48,195 nt of DNA from Octopus bimaculoides (GCF_001194135.2 NC_068985.1:80383890-80432084), one strand, 5' to 3'. Positions 12,553 through 25,470 are shown, numbered from the stretch's first letter. Notes: generated from the letters alone by a model not told the origin. Numbers and translations: made by a program.

Positions 12553-12971
12553 GGGAGAATTCACGAAAAAACAACAGACAAAGACAGGTGGTGTAAGCAA
12601 TAAATGGATGTATTAGTATAACACTCCTACATAAATATATATATAAAAATTAAAACATAGGGTAAAAATCAGATATTAATTAATATCGATTTATTACCAG
12701 GAAGCTAGCACATTGAAAGAATCCGAGAGATTCAGAAAAAATATCTGAGATCTTAGGGGATTAAGGTATATTTTTATATATATAAAGTTGACCAGTAAAG
12801 TGGACATTTAATGTGCTAGAAATAGACCACATGTTGTGTCTACTAAGACCTAGTAGTTTTCAAAAGAAATTCAGCGAAATACCAAACCGTAAGCGAGCAA
12901 GACATTGAAAATTACATACATAAAATTAAAAAGTTATTTGCAGACCAAGGTTTCGGAGTTAAAAATCTCTT

Positions 12972-13360
12972 AGGAGTGGCTGTGTGGTAAGTAGCTTGGT
13001 TATAAACCACATGGTTCCGGGTTCAGTCCCACTGCGTGGCACCTTGGGCAAGTGTCTTCTACTATAGCCTTTGGCTGACCAAAGCCTTGTGAGTGGATTT
13101 GGTAGACAGAAACTGAAAGAAGCCCGTCATATATATGTTTATATATGTATGTGTATATGTTTGTGTGTCTGTGTTTGTCCCCCCAACATTGCTTGACAAC
13201 CAATGCTGGTGTGTTTGTGTCCCCGTAACTTAGCGGTTCAGCAAAAGAAACCGATAGAATAAGTACTAAGCTTACAAAGAATAAGTCCTGGCGTCGATTT
13301 GCTTGACTAAAAGCGGCACTTCAGCATGGCCACAGTCAAATAACTGAAACAAGTAAAAGA
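12972..13360 (+). mobile_element. SINE family B, full length (tRNA head, CORE-like segment, microsatellite, LINE-like tail)
   Basis: Head GGCTGTGTGGTAAG...GGGTTCAGTCCC (A and B boxes), CORE-like CACCTTGGGCAAGTG, internal TA/TG repeat, tail CAGCATGGCCACAGTCAAATAACTGAAAC. Confidence 0.88.
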
Positions 13361-13397
13361 GTAAAAAGAGAGATATATATATTTGTACAGCCAGCTT

Positions 13398-13683
13398 GAG
13401 AGTAGGCACAGGAATGTTGGTTGACCATGGCTCAGATATAAGGACAAGCTGAAGAGTACCCTTTGAGTGAACAGCCTTAGTACGAACAAAATGGAGATCG
13501 TTGTATCAAAATGGTATTAAAAACGTTGTTGCAACCAGCATTAACAGGCTTTGGGGTGCAAGGCAAAGGAGAAAAGGGACCACAAATATACCACCTACAG
13601 TGACCTGTAATCCTCAAACTTGCAACATCTGTGGCCTTTTTTGCAAATCGTTGGTGGGACTTAAAATGTAGCATTCAAAATAA
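13398..13683 (+). pseudogene. RTE-clade LINE C-terminal fragment
   Basis: Translates to RNVG*PWLRYKDKLKSTL and, after a frameshift, CNICGLFCKSLVGLK, resembling the RTE/BovB-type GRP.LRYKD motif and terminal C2H2 finger. Confidence 0.7.
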
Positions 13684-14203
13684 GCATTATGACTGACAAA
13701 GAATGAGTACGTTGTCGGAGCTTCATATATCAAAACCAATGAGAGAGTCCATCATATATACATATACATATACATATATATATAAACAAATATATANNNN
13801 NNNNNNNNNNNNNNNNNNNNNNNNNNNNNNNNNNNNNNNNNNNNNNNNNNNNNNNNNNNNNNNNNNNNNNNNNNNNNNNNNNNNNNNNNNNNNNNNNNNN
13901 NNNNNNNNNNNNNNNNNNNNNNNNNNNNNNNNNNNNNNNNNNNNNNNNNNNNNNNNNNNNNNNNNNNNNNNNNNNNNNNNNNNNNNNNNNNNNNNNNNNN
14001 NNNNNNNNNNNNNNNNNNNNNNNNNNNNNNNNNNNNNNNNNNNNNNNNNNNNNNNNNNNNNNNNNNNNNNNNNNNNNNNNNNNNNNNNNNNNNNNNNNNN
14101 NNNNNNNNNNNNNNNNNNNNNNNNNNNNNNNNNNNNNNNNNNNNNNNNNNNNNNNNNNNNNNNNNNNNNNNNNNNNNNNNNNNNNNNNNNTATACATACA
14201 TAT

Positions 14204-14204
14204 A

Positions 14205-14277
<73 letters not shown>

Positions 14278-14300
14278 GTTATTATTATTATTATTATTAC
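14204..14300 (+). repeat. (TTA)n microsatellite
   Basis: About 32 TTA units with one TTG interruption. Confidence 0.97.
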
Positions 14301-15105
14301 ATAATATATATATTATTGCCAGCGGAAAATCTATATGTATATTCATGCTCGTGGGTCACAAGTTGATTAGGAAGCTATGACTATTCATGTAGAATAGTGT
14401 ATTCAAAGATAGTGAAGAGTGGGTAAAACCTAGTTATCCATAATTGTTAATCTTATAAAATAAAGTCTGTTTTACCTGTCACTCGTCTGGCAGGTAGGCA
14501 GACAGGTACAGAAATGCCTCATAGAGACTTCTCATCATATGTGGTATTCCACCAAGTTACTTAACCATTGGCCCCCAAGGATCATTGTGGATGAGGATGA
14601 AGGATGAGAAAAAGGTGTAGAAAGGAAAAGAATTTACTTATATATATGTTGCATTCTGACTAACTTCCTGCTATATCATAGTGCTACTCTTGAAAAGGAG
14701 CCCAAATTTTATTAAGAAATGCTCACATGTATTTTTAGGACAATCTCAAAGCTTAAAAATAACTGTGATTCATTTCTACAACATATCTTCTAGTTTCTAT
14801 TTATAGGATGAATATAGAGATAACTACAGCGTGCTGGTATGAAAATGATTAAGCAAAGAAGACAGAGAAGAGATATGAGAGCTGGAAGTGGAGGGGAGGG
14901 GGAACAGAGTGGGTGTTTGAGAAGGAAGGAGATAAAGAAGAGCCATAGGATTGATTTGGAGTTTTAGATATGTATTGGATGAGGTTTTTACTATCATGAG
15001 CAATGACCTTCAAAGATAATATATACACAGCTTTGAGTTATATACATACATGCAAAGATACATAATTATATGCACATTTGTATATGTATGGTTGTGTGTA
15101 CATGT

Positions 15106-15140
<35 letters not shown>

Positions 15141-15748
15141 AAACCAAAAACAAAATCAAGAGATTTGGTGAATAAAATTTGAATTTTTGTTGCTTATCTT
15201 CAAATTTTATATATATATATATATATTTATTTATTTATTTATTTATTTATTTATGGGTTTCAGCCAAGTGACTGTGGTCATNNNNNNNNNNAAATTTTAT
15301 ATATATATATATATATTTATTTATTTATTTATTTATTTATTTATGGGTTTCAGCCAAGTGACTGTGGTCATGCTGGAGCACCACCGTGACTTTCCGTCTT
15401 TATGCTGTGCTCTCTTCACGTTCCTTGCATGGCTCTTCTCCTCCACCTGATATAGTCCAATCAAGAGTTTTGATATATATATATATATATGTATGTATAT
15501 ATATTTTTTAGGAAGCTGAAATTTATGGCCGGTCATAGAGCAACCATTGGTTTTGCAGCTATAAAGTGTTGAGTAGTATAGGTGACTGGTCAGACTCAAA
15601 TTGAGCCATTTGAGTCTGATGAGTTGCATATACTGCTAATCATTTTATAGGTGCAAAACCAAAGGCCATAAACTTTTAACTTTCTAAAAAAATTTATTAC
15701 TGCTCTAATGCTTTAGAGTGTGCTTCTTTATCGAATATATGAACAATC

Positions 15749-16117
15749 GGCTGTGTGGTAAGAAGCTTGCTTCTCAACCGTTTGGTTCTGGGTTCAGTCC
15801 TACTGCATGGCACCTTGGTTAAGTGTCTTCCACTATAACCTCAGGCCAACCCAAGCCTTGTGAGTGGATATGATAGGCAGAAACTGAAAGAAACCTATTG
15901 TATGTGTGTGTATGTGTGTCTGTGTTTGTCCCCCATCACCGCTTGACAATTGGTGTTGGTGTGTTTACATCCCCATAACTGAGAGGTTTGGCAAAAGAGA
16001 TCAATGGAATATGTTCTAGGCTTAAAAAATAAGTCCTGGGGTTGATTTGCTCGACTAAAACCCTTCAAGGCAGTGCCCCAGCATGGCCACAGGCAAATGA
16101 TAGAAACAAGTAAAAGA
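15749..16117 (+). mobile_element. SINE family B, full length
   Basis: Same head, CORE-like segment, microsatellite and tail layout as 12972-13360. Confidence 0.85.
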
Positions 16118-16129
16118 TATGCGCATATA

Positions 16130-17345
16130 CAGTGGTGGGCATAACTAACCAAACAGTTAGCTTTGCAAACACTAAACCACTAAACAGTTAAAAAAATTAG
16201 TGGAAGTTAATGCTAACTGATAACCACTAACTTTTATCATATGAATTTAGCTTTGGTTTGGATTTTGGGGTCTAAAACCCTTAAAAACAGACCTAGAGCT
16301 TTCCAAAAAGGTATAGCATGCCAAGATCAGATGATGATCAGGAGGTACTACTCTGGCTGGGCCTTCTCCGTCACCTCAACATGATACTGGTTCCCCTTCA
16401 TAAACATCAGCCACTCAAAGTTACCATCTGACAGGGTGGCTCTCTAGGCTCTCAGAATATCATTGCCTATAGTGAATAGGCACTCAACTGCAGCACTAGA
16501 TGGATGGTGGTGTTATACTTAGTGAACAGGTCAATCAAGACCTGCTCACCCAAAAAGGCGACTTCAGTCAGGACCTCCTTCGAGACAGCCTCTAGCCAGT
16601 TCTTCACCAAGTTCTGCGCTTTGGATTTCAGTGACCTGTGGCTCCTGCTCTCCTGGAACTGAGTGATGTTGCTGAAGAAATCATCTTTCTCATCCTCATT
16701 GCTGGTGGTTCTGCTGTCTTTCTCATTGGACTCCATTAGGGCTGTCTCTATGACAGTCTCCATGGTGTTTATTACTCTGCCAACCTGGTTGTTATTATAC
16801 CGCTCCAGCCAGAACAAGCGAAATTTGGTACTCCAGCTCTTTTGAAAGGATCCCAAACCCTTTCGTGATGCCTACCAGTATCACATCTATCAGAGGACTG
16901 CAGTACAGGAGACATTTGAACTTGGCCTCCTTCAACTTCATGAAGGTAGTCACTACAGTTGGCAGAAGGCTTCTGAGACAGGCCTGGTCCTCCCCCTGGA
17001 TTTTGTCCAAGGCCTTGGCAACACTAAACATCACCTGGGTATACACCATCAGGAAGCCAACATCAGAATCAGTGAAGGTCTGTGGCTTCAGCTGTATTGT
17101 CCCCCTGTGGAGAGCACCCCTATTCTTCTCCAGCAGGTTGTTAAGAACAACAGAGTCATTGGTAGAGTTCCATCTGGTAATGTGTCCAGAATGCTGTCTG
17201 CCACCACCGTCCTGTGGCTCTGCAGATTCAACGGCCATTGTGCCTTGGACATGGCCTTCCTGTGGGCCGACTTGAATAGAATGCTGTCAAGAGCTTGTTG
17301 GCATACATGCTGGCTACCAAGTTGAAGGTCTGGGCTGCAAACTTA
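16130..17345 (-). mobile_element. hAT DNA transposon, 3' part with transposase pseudogene
   Basis: Frameshifted motifs FAAQTFNLVA, ITRWNST, KALDKIQGE...LLP and KYNTTI/PSSAAVECLFTIG (hAT dimerisation domain), stop at 16348. Terminus CAGTGGTGGGC at 16130. The 5' part runs into a microsatellite and gap. Confidence 0.88.
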
Positions 17346-17360
17346 TATATGTATATATAT

Positions 17361-17429
<69 letters not shown>

Positions 17430-18420
17430 NNNNNNNNNNNNNNNNNNNNNNNNNNNNNNNNNNNNNNNNNNNNNNNNNNNNNNNNNNNNNNNNNNNNNNN
17501 NNNNNNNNNNNNNNNNNNNNNNNNNNNNNNNNNNNNNNNNNNNNNNNNNNNNNNNNNNNNNNNNNNNNNNNNNNNNNNNNNNNNNNNNNNNNNNNNNNNN
17601 NNNNNNNNNNNNNNNNNNNNNNNNNNNNNNNNNNNNNNNNNNNNNNNNNNNNNNNNNNNNNNNNNNNNNNNNNNNNNNNNNNNNNNNNNNNNNNNNNNNN
17701 NNNNNNNNNNNNNNNNNNNNNNNNNNNNNNNNNNNNNNNNNNNNNNNNNNNNNNNNNNNNNNNNNNNNNNNNNNNNNNNNNNNNNNNNNNNNNNNNNNNN
17801 NNNNNNNNNNNNNNNNNNNNNNNNNNNNAGATAGATAGATAGATAGATAGATAGACAGATAAATAGATAGATAGATAGATTGTAGGTTAAAAGCTGCATT
17901 CCATGCAGACTTTTAAGCTAGCTCCTGTGGAGGGCTAGTTGGGCCCACAGCCCAAAACTAAAGAGAGCTAAATAGCCTGACTATAATACATCTATAATGA
18001 CTATATGCCCCGGTGGTGTTTGATCAGAGGTTAAGGATGGATGAGAATTAATTCTTTAATGTAATCATCTTATTGTTCCAGTCCCGAGTTGAATTCCAAC
18101 TGTTGGCCTATTTGTCACACATTTCTTATCGCAATTTAAAATTAAAGAAGTGAATATCATTTATCTCCCCCTGGATCTCTGACATCATCTGACAAATGCC
18201 AACCAGGATGCTATGAATCTGCTAAGCCTTACCTGCTAGAAATACCAACCCAAATACTTTTAAATCAGATCCCAATGCTGGATGTTCAAGAAGGGCAGAT
18301 TTTCAATCCTGGGATCATCCTGATTTCAAAAAGGTATAATACATCTATGTAGACTGAGATACAGGGGCCCCAGAGGAACAGACAGAATTTCACATTTTTT
18401 ATTATTATAGATACATATGA

Positions 18421-18630
18421 AGGCAGTGAGCTGGCAGAATTGTTAGCACACTAGGTGAGATGCTATTTCGCCTGTCACTACGTACTGAATTCAAATTCTG
18501 CTGAGGTTGACTTTGCCTTTCATCCTTTTGGGGTCAATAAATTAAGTACCAGTGAAACATTGGGGTCGATGTAATCGACTAGTCCCCTCTCACAAAATTT
18601 CAGGCCTGGTTTCTTTAGTAGAAAGGATTA
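18421..18630 (+). mobile_element. SINE family A
   Basis: GGCAGTGAGCTGGCAGAATTGTTAGCAC head through AAAATTTCAGGCC...AGTAGAAAGGATTATT tail. Confidence 0.85.
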
Positions 18631-18904
18631 TTATAGATATATATATATTGTATATTGTTCCATGCAGGTAAGATCAACAAAAAAAAAAGTACTCCATCTG
18701 GTGAGAGATAAACATTGTGTAATGAACACAGTATATATAAGCTACTAATAGTTTCATACAATGAAAATGACACAGACAGCATCTTATAACATGTCTGATG
18801 CCTTCATGCAATCTTCAGCAACACATGCTCACACACACCCACACATACACATACACACACATGCTAAAGATCTTTGCACAAATCAAATTCACTCACAAGA
18901 TATA

Positions 18905-20174
18905 TTGGGTCATCCCATAAATAATGCAGTTTTTTTATACTTCTTTTATTTTTTAAAATTAAGATAAACAAAGTTTTTTTTAATCTAAAATATACTCTCC
19001 TTCATTTTCTACAGTGTTCTTCCATCTACCTGGTAGACTTGCAAGGCCCCTCTTCCAAAATTCAGTTGTCCATGACAAAAAATACTCCTCCAGTACTGTT
19101 TTCACCTTGTCTATAGAATTCATATTTTTTGCATCCAAATGATTTTGAAAACTGCGGAATAAATGGAAATCAGATGAAGCAATGTCCAGTGAATATAGTG
19201 GGTGGCACATCCTTTCCCATTCAAACTGCTCCAGGTTTTGGAATGTCATCCTCACTGTATGCGGCCAAGCATTATCCTGATGGAAGAACGTCTTTTGTCT
19301 TGAAGTCAGAGATGGTCATTTAGCTTCTAGCGCTGACTTAAGCCACTCAAGCTGCTCACAGTAGATCTCCTTTGTTATCATTTGGTTTGGATTTAAAAGT
19401 TCAAAGTGGACTAAACCTTTCATATCCCACCAAACAGATAACAACACCTTATATGGATGAAAATCTTATTTAGTCTGGGGTGCTGGTGTTTCTCCTTTCC
19501 CTACCCACTCCCTTCGACACTTGACATTTTAATAGAGAACCCATTTCTTGTCACCAGTCACTATTCGGTCCAAAAAAGGTTCATTCCTGAGACATGACCG
19601 CAAAGAAGAGCACACATTCACTGTCTGCGAGCAATTGGACTTGGAAAGTTTGTGAGGAACCCATTGACCCAATTTACTGACTTTTCCGATGGCATGCAGT
19701 TGTCGATGAATGGTTGAGTGACCAAATCCAAGCTTCTCTGCTATTTCTTCAACAGTTATAATGGGATTTTGTTCGACCAGGGTTTTCAGGACATCCTCGT
19801 TGAGGTCTACAGCTCTTCCAGGATGAGGCTCACCTTCCAAGCTATAGTTTTGAGCTTGGAATTTCTGGAACCACCATTGACACTGGCTTATGCTTATACT
19901 GCATTATTATTCCTCACACTTTCCGTTGTGCTGTTGCCTTTATTGAACTCATAAAGCAAAATGTGCCAAATATGCTCCTTTGTCACTTCCATTATATCTT
20001 TGAAAAAATGACAGTTAAAATCAAGCTGGACTCTTCAAAACTTGCACTAAGAATAAGTACAAGGTAAAATTACTTCCTGCTTTCATAGCAGGTTCATGCA
20101 GGTAGTTTATCCCATACCCCTCCGACTTTTAGTTCATGCAATTGAAAAACCGCATTACTTATGGGATGACCCAG
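18905..20174 (-). mobile_element. Second full-length decayed mariner, different family
   Basis: About 29-bp TIRs TTGGGTCATCCCATAA(A/G)TAATGC(A/G)GTTTT, with TA intact only on the left. Broken transposase 19992 to 18980 with HILLYEFNKG, WVPHKL, RIVTGDKKWVLY and HPLYSLDIASSDFHLF. Confidence 0.93.
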
Positions 20175-20574
20175 AATGTATTGGTCAACCATAGGCCTTG
20201 TGCTATAGTGAAAGGCACTTGCCTTAATGTGTCACACAGTGGGACTGAACCCCAAACCACGTGGTTGCTAAACAAACTTCTTTACCATACATCAATGCCT
20301 ATCTATTTTTAGGGGTCCAGACTATGTGAATCAGAGGAAGACCGTGGAGGAATTTCTGAATGGCATAGGGTACAATATCAGATTGTAGCAAAAATGAACT
20401 TAACTTTAAAAGAACCTCAACATTTAATGAGGTTTTTAATATTGTGTTTGCTTTAATTTTTCAAAAATTCGGTATGATGTTCTTTTTATTACGCTCATGT
20501 TTATGATTGGGGTTATTATATAATTAATGTAATATTTTACATCTCAGAGAAGTTTTCATAAACTACAAATAATC

Positions 20575-20735
20575 CTTTCTACTATAGGTACAAGGGCTGA
20601 AATTTGGAGGGAGGGAGTAAGTGGATTACATCAACCCCAGTGCTCAACTGGTACTTATTTCACTTATTTCATCAACCCCAAAAGGATGAAAGGCTAAGTC
20701 AACCTTGGCAGAATTTGAACTCAGAACGTAAGGAC
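20575..20735 (-). mobile_element. SINE family A, 5'-truncated
   Basis: Reverse complement of the tail (TTTCTACTATAGGTACAAGG) through GAATTTGAACTCAGAACGTAA. Confidence 0.8.
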
Positions 20736-21848
20736 AGAGTAAATGTCACTAAGTATAAACTACAAACAATAAGAATAAAAATTAGGATTTAAAAATTGCT
20801 TGTTTTTTTTTGTTTTTGTCTGGGGTGGGGGTTTCGTCCTGGAGGAATTTTTGCGAGGGTGTTTTTGTTGTTTTTTCTTTTGTTTCTAGGTTTAGTCCTA
20901 GGTGGGCTTTTCCCTACATTCCTATTTTTNNNNNNNNNNNNNNNNNNNNNNNNNNNNNNNNNNNNNNNNNNNNNNNNNNNNNNNNNNNNNNNNNNNNNNN
21001 NNNNNNNNNNNNNNNNNNNNNNNNNNNNNNNNNNNNNNNNNNNNNNNNNNNNNNNNNNNNNNNNNNNNNNNNNNNNNNNNNNNNNNNNNNNNNNNNNNNN
21101 NNNNNNNNNNNNNNNNNNNNNNNNNNNNNNNNNNNNNNNNNNNNNNNNNNNNNNNNNNNNNNNNNNNNNNNNNNNNNNNNNNNNNNNNNNNNNNNNNNNN
21201 NNNNNNNNNNNNNNNNNNNNNNNNNNNNNNNNNNNNNNNNNNNNNNNNNNNNNNNNNNNNNNNNNNNNNNNNNNNNNNNNNNNNNNNNNNNNNNNNNNNN
21301 NNNNNNNNNNNNNNNNNNNNNNNNNNNNNNNNNNNNNNNNNNNNNNNNNNNNNNNNNNNNNNNNNNNNNNNNNNNNNNNNNNNNNNNNNNNNNNNNNNNN
21401 NNNNNNNNNNNNNNNNNNNNNNNNNNNNNNNNNNNNNNNNNNNNNNNNNNNNNNNNNNNNNNNNNNNNNNNNNNNNNNNNNNNNNNNNNNNNNNNNNNNN
21501 NNNNNNNNNNNNNNNNNNNNNNNNNNNNNNNNNNNNNNNNNNNNNNNNNNNNNNNNNNNNNNNNNNNNNNNNNNNNNNNNNNNNNNNNNNNNNNNNNNNN
21601 NNNNNNNNNNNNNNNNNNNNNNNNNNNNNNNNNNNNNNNNNNNNNNNNNNNNNNNNNNNNNNNNNNNNNNNNNNNNNNNNNNNNNNNNNNNNNNNNNNNN
21701 NNNNNNNNNNNNNNNNNNNNNNNNNNNNNNNNNNNNNNNNNNNNNNNNNNNNNNNNNNNNNNNNNNNNNNNNNNNNNNNNNNNNNNNNNNNNNNNNNNNN
21801 NNNNNNNNNNNNNNNNNNNNNNNNNNNNNNNNNNNNNNNNNNNNNNNN

Positions 21849-21908
<60 letters not shown>

Positions 21909-22239
21909 GAGAGAGCATTTAAATTTCTTTTACACAGTGTAATGTATCTGAGAGAGAGATACAGAAAAAAAAATCTGAATGAAGCGGCATGTTTTAAAAT
22001 CGCTGAGGTAGGCACATTTCTTCCAGCGTAATTCTTGTGGAAGCTTCTATTACAATTACCTCAAAGAGCAATATTATTACTCCTACTGCCAGTAAACCGT
22101 TATAAGCAGTTCTTTTGAAACTGAAAAAAGTAGCGGTTAACGGTATATATGTATATAATATTAAAATATAATTAATTCTTGATAAGGGTAGTTTCTTATG
22201 TTAATTCAATAGTTATTTTTAGTGACAAATCTAATGTGT

Positions 22240-22310
22240 GCATCGGTGGTTCAGTGGTAGAATGCTCGCCTGCCACGCGGGCGGCCCGGGTTCGATTCCC
22301 GGCCGATGCA
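22240..22310 (+). tRNA. trnG-GCC: tRNA-Gly (GCC)
   Basis: Identical 71-nt sequence to the two minus-strand copies, with TTTT at 22321-22324. Confidence 0.97.
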
Positions 22311-23920
22311 AAGGTATTTATTTTGATAATATTATTTTAAGTTCTATTCAGTTCTATGATGAGAGATATTCCAGACTTGTTCGTCTCATTTTCCTCTAAT
22401 TTTCTTTTCTTATTTATAGGGAACCCATCACAACATTTATCAACAAGTTATTGTTTAGTTCAGGATATGTAGTAAGAAATATGTAACCGATATTTCTAAC
22501 AGGTAGAAAGACCACTAAAACTATATCTTCTCAATATGTGAAACAAATACCCCATGGCTTTATTTGCACTTTTCAAGGGGTACATAGAGGTGTAGACGTC
22601 TAACGTAACAACCTCATAGCAACAACCTTATTTTCTTCCAAGTTGTATATAAACTTTATTCAAGGCCACACGACTACATTTTAAATCAACTGATGCGCTA
22701 CCCAGCTATAAGGGGAAAATCAATACCCGCTAACTTCAAACAGAAAATTCCTAGCATGTAACCAGTGTGTAGCATTAGCTTAACGTTGCCAGGTGTATCG
22801 GACGTCTACAAGGATTAAGCATGCATTAGCGTTATTTCTGAGCAAAGTTAGCTACGTGATAATGGTTTCAAATTTTGGCACAAGGCCAGCAAGTTCGGAG
22901 AAGGATTAAGTCGTTTTACATCAGGGATGTAGCATCTAGGTAGGCGGTGCCTACCTTGGATAAAATAGATCGATAGCAACATTTTCCTTTCATGGCAAAA
23001 TAAGCACCTAATTCAATAAATCATGAAGGTTACTCTGATTACTATGTATAAATGCAATATATATATATATATATAGATTAGGTAAGCATAATTCGTCCCT
23101 GCTTTTCAATCTCAGTATTTAAGCTACACATAGTAATGCTGTAGTACACATGCTGTGCTATAAAAGTAGAAGAAATCCTCCTACAACTCAGTCGCGCGCC
23201 TGTATTTCGCTTATTTTTTGTGTTTCACTACATAAAGGTCACCAACTGCCTACCCTGAGTAGTTACTGACGGCACGTGCCTGGATTACATTGACCTCAGT
23301 GCTCACCTAGGACTTATTTTATCAACTCCGAAAAGAATGAAAGGCAAAGGCAACCTCGACGGAATTTGAACTCAGAACGTAAAGACGAATGAAATGCCGC
23401 TAAGCATTTTGCCCAACGTGCTAACGATTCTGCCAGCTCGTCACCTTAAAGTTAGCTATGTAAAATTTCTCAGATAGGACATTAGCATATGTCAATTACT
23501 TTCATTATTTTATCTGGCAGAATAGTTACCAGCCGGACAAAATGCTTAGCGATATATAATTTCCGGCTCATTATGTTCTGAGTTCAAATGCTGCCGATGT
23601 CGAATTTGCCTTTCATCTCTTCGGAGTTGATAAAACAAGTACCAGCCGAACACGGGAGTAGGTAGGGGCAATGAAATCGACTTGTCCCCTCGCCTAAAAT
23701 TTCAGGCTTTGCCTTTCATCCTCTAGGGATCGATTAAAATAAGTACCAGTTAAATACTGTGATCGATGAAATCGACAGACTCCCTCACACAAAATGTCAG
23801 GCCTCATACCTTATATAAAAATTTATATAATGTAGCTACCTCCACCATGAGGGATTGTTTGAACTGGAAACAAAATATTCTTAAATACAAGACCGTGTTT
23901 CCAGCAGAAATAGGGATTAA

Positions 23921-24151
23921 GGCAGCGAGCTGGCAGAAACGTTAGCACATCGGGCGAAATGCTTATCGGCATTTCGTCTGCCGCTACGTTCTGATTTCAA
24001 ATTCCGCCGAGGTCGACTTTGCCTTTATTCCTTTCGGGGTCGATTAAATAAGTACCAGTTACGCACTGTGGTCGATATAATCGACTTAATCCGTTTGTTT
24101 GACCTTGTTTGTCCCCTCTGTGTGTAGCCCCTTGTGGGCAATAAAGAAATA
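23921..24151 (+). mobile_element. SINE family A, full length, alternative 3' tail, 15-bp TSD
   Basis: AGAAATAGGGATTAA at 23906-23920 and 24152-24166. Further family A pieces lie at about 22860-22925 (-), 23289-23447 (-) and 23530-23810 (+). Confidence 0.9.
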
Positions 24152-24569
24152 AGAAATAGGGATTAATAATACGGAATAAATTGAACTTGAATTCTTCAGT
24201 TTTTCCTTCATTCTTTCACTTGTTTCAGTCATTGGGTTGTGGTCATGAAGGAGCACTGCCTTCACAGTTTTAGTCGAATAAATTGAACACAGTATCTATT
24301 TCTTTCTTCCCCACCCCCAAGTCTGGTTCTTATTTTATCCCAACCCTTTATCGAACCGCTAAGTTGTGGGGGACGCAAACAAACAACCCCAGTTGTCAAG
24401 CGTTGTGGGGATAAACACAAAGACATGCACAAACTCATACACACACACACACACACATAGTAATAGTAATAATATGACAATAAAAGAATGAATGAGACCT
24501 TGATATATATACATATATATATATATATATATCCGTCTTCCTTTTCTCTTGGACTTCCCTCTTTCTCTT

Positions 24570-24604
24570 GTTTCTGAAGAAGAGCTTTGCTCGAAACGTA
24601 AAAC
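24570..24604 (+). ncRNA. Minimal type I hammerhead ribozyme motif
   Basis: GUUU-CUGAAGA-A-GAGC(UUU)GCUC-GAA-ACGU-A-AAAC. Stem I GUUU/AAAC, stem II GAGC/GCUC, palindromic ACGU stem III, GUA cleavage triplet. Confidence 0.7.
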
Positions 24605-25470
24605 TAACTGAGCGTCTGTTAATTGCATGTACCACGTTCTCGCGTCGTTGTTTTTTGCTTCTTGTGTTTTTTTTTCTTCGTATTTTTGTGGGGAGATTAC
24701 ATATATATATATATATATATATATANNNNNNNNNNNNNNNNNNNNNNNNNNNNNNNNNNNNNNNNNNNNNNNNNNNNNNNNNNNNNNNNNNNNNNNNNNN
24801 NNNNNNNNNNNNNNNNNNNNNNNNNNNNNNNNNNNNNNNNNNNNNNNNNNNNNNNNNNNNATATATATAATGGGCTTCCTCAAAGTTTCTGTTTACCATA
24901 TTCACCAACAAGGCATTGATAGGTTGGTTTGGGTCCATAGTAGAATGCATTTGTCCAAGCAAGGTACCGCACAGCGGGACTGAATCAGAAACCACGTGGT
25001 TTCGAACTTCATAACCACACAGCAATGAAAGCTTAAACTATTTGGAGAAGACATTACCCTCCCAACAGCAAAAGAAACATTATGTTGTGTCCTTGGAATC
25101 AAAGCAGATAAATCAGAAGATACTTATCAAGCAAATTTGCTTGGAGGTTGTTATGTCAGACAGGGTCGAAAGACTTTCTGATGATAAGTGCAACAACATT
25201 GCTTTCGATAAATCTCTTAAAGATGAAAGGCCACTGATTATGACGTAGGAAAGTATGTCTCTGATAGAGCAGGCTGATTATGTAAAATATGCTGGTAGTC
25301 AATAAGAGAGAGAGATTTATGTTGATATATTAATTGTTCACGGTGATCTTCATGTCTTTTGAAGTATCGGAACTGAGTGCGACGGAATAGTAGTGAATGT
25401 AAATTCTCCGTAGAAAGAAAAAGATTGAATTGGTTGGTGAGAATGGGAGCAAGCTCGAGAGTTCAATATA

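Noticed and set aside
12972-13040. SINE heads as tRNA genes
   Set aside because: A and B boxes are present but there is no full cloverleaf, and the sequence runs on into SINE bodies.
15202-15371. 80-bp exact duplication
   Set aside because: Same 10-N-gap overlap artefact.
20790-20929. Odd homopolymer-rich sequence at gap edges (also 46189-46330)
   Set aside because: It looks like low-quality read ends and was not interpreted.
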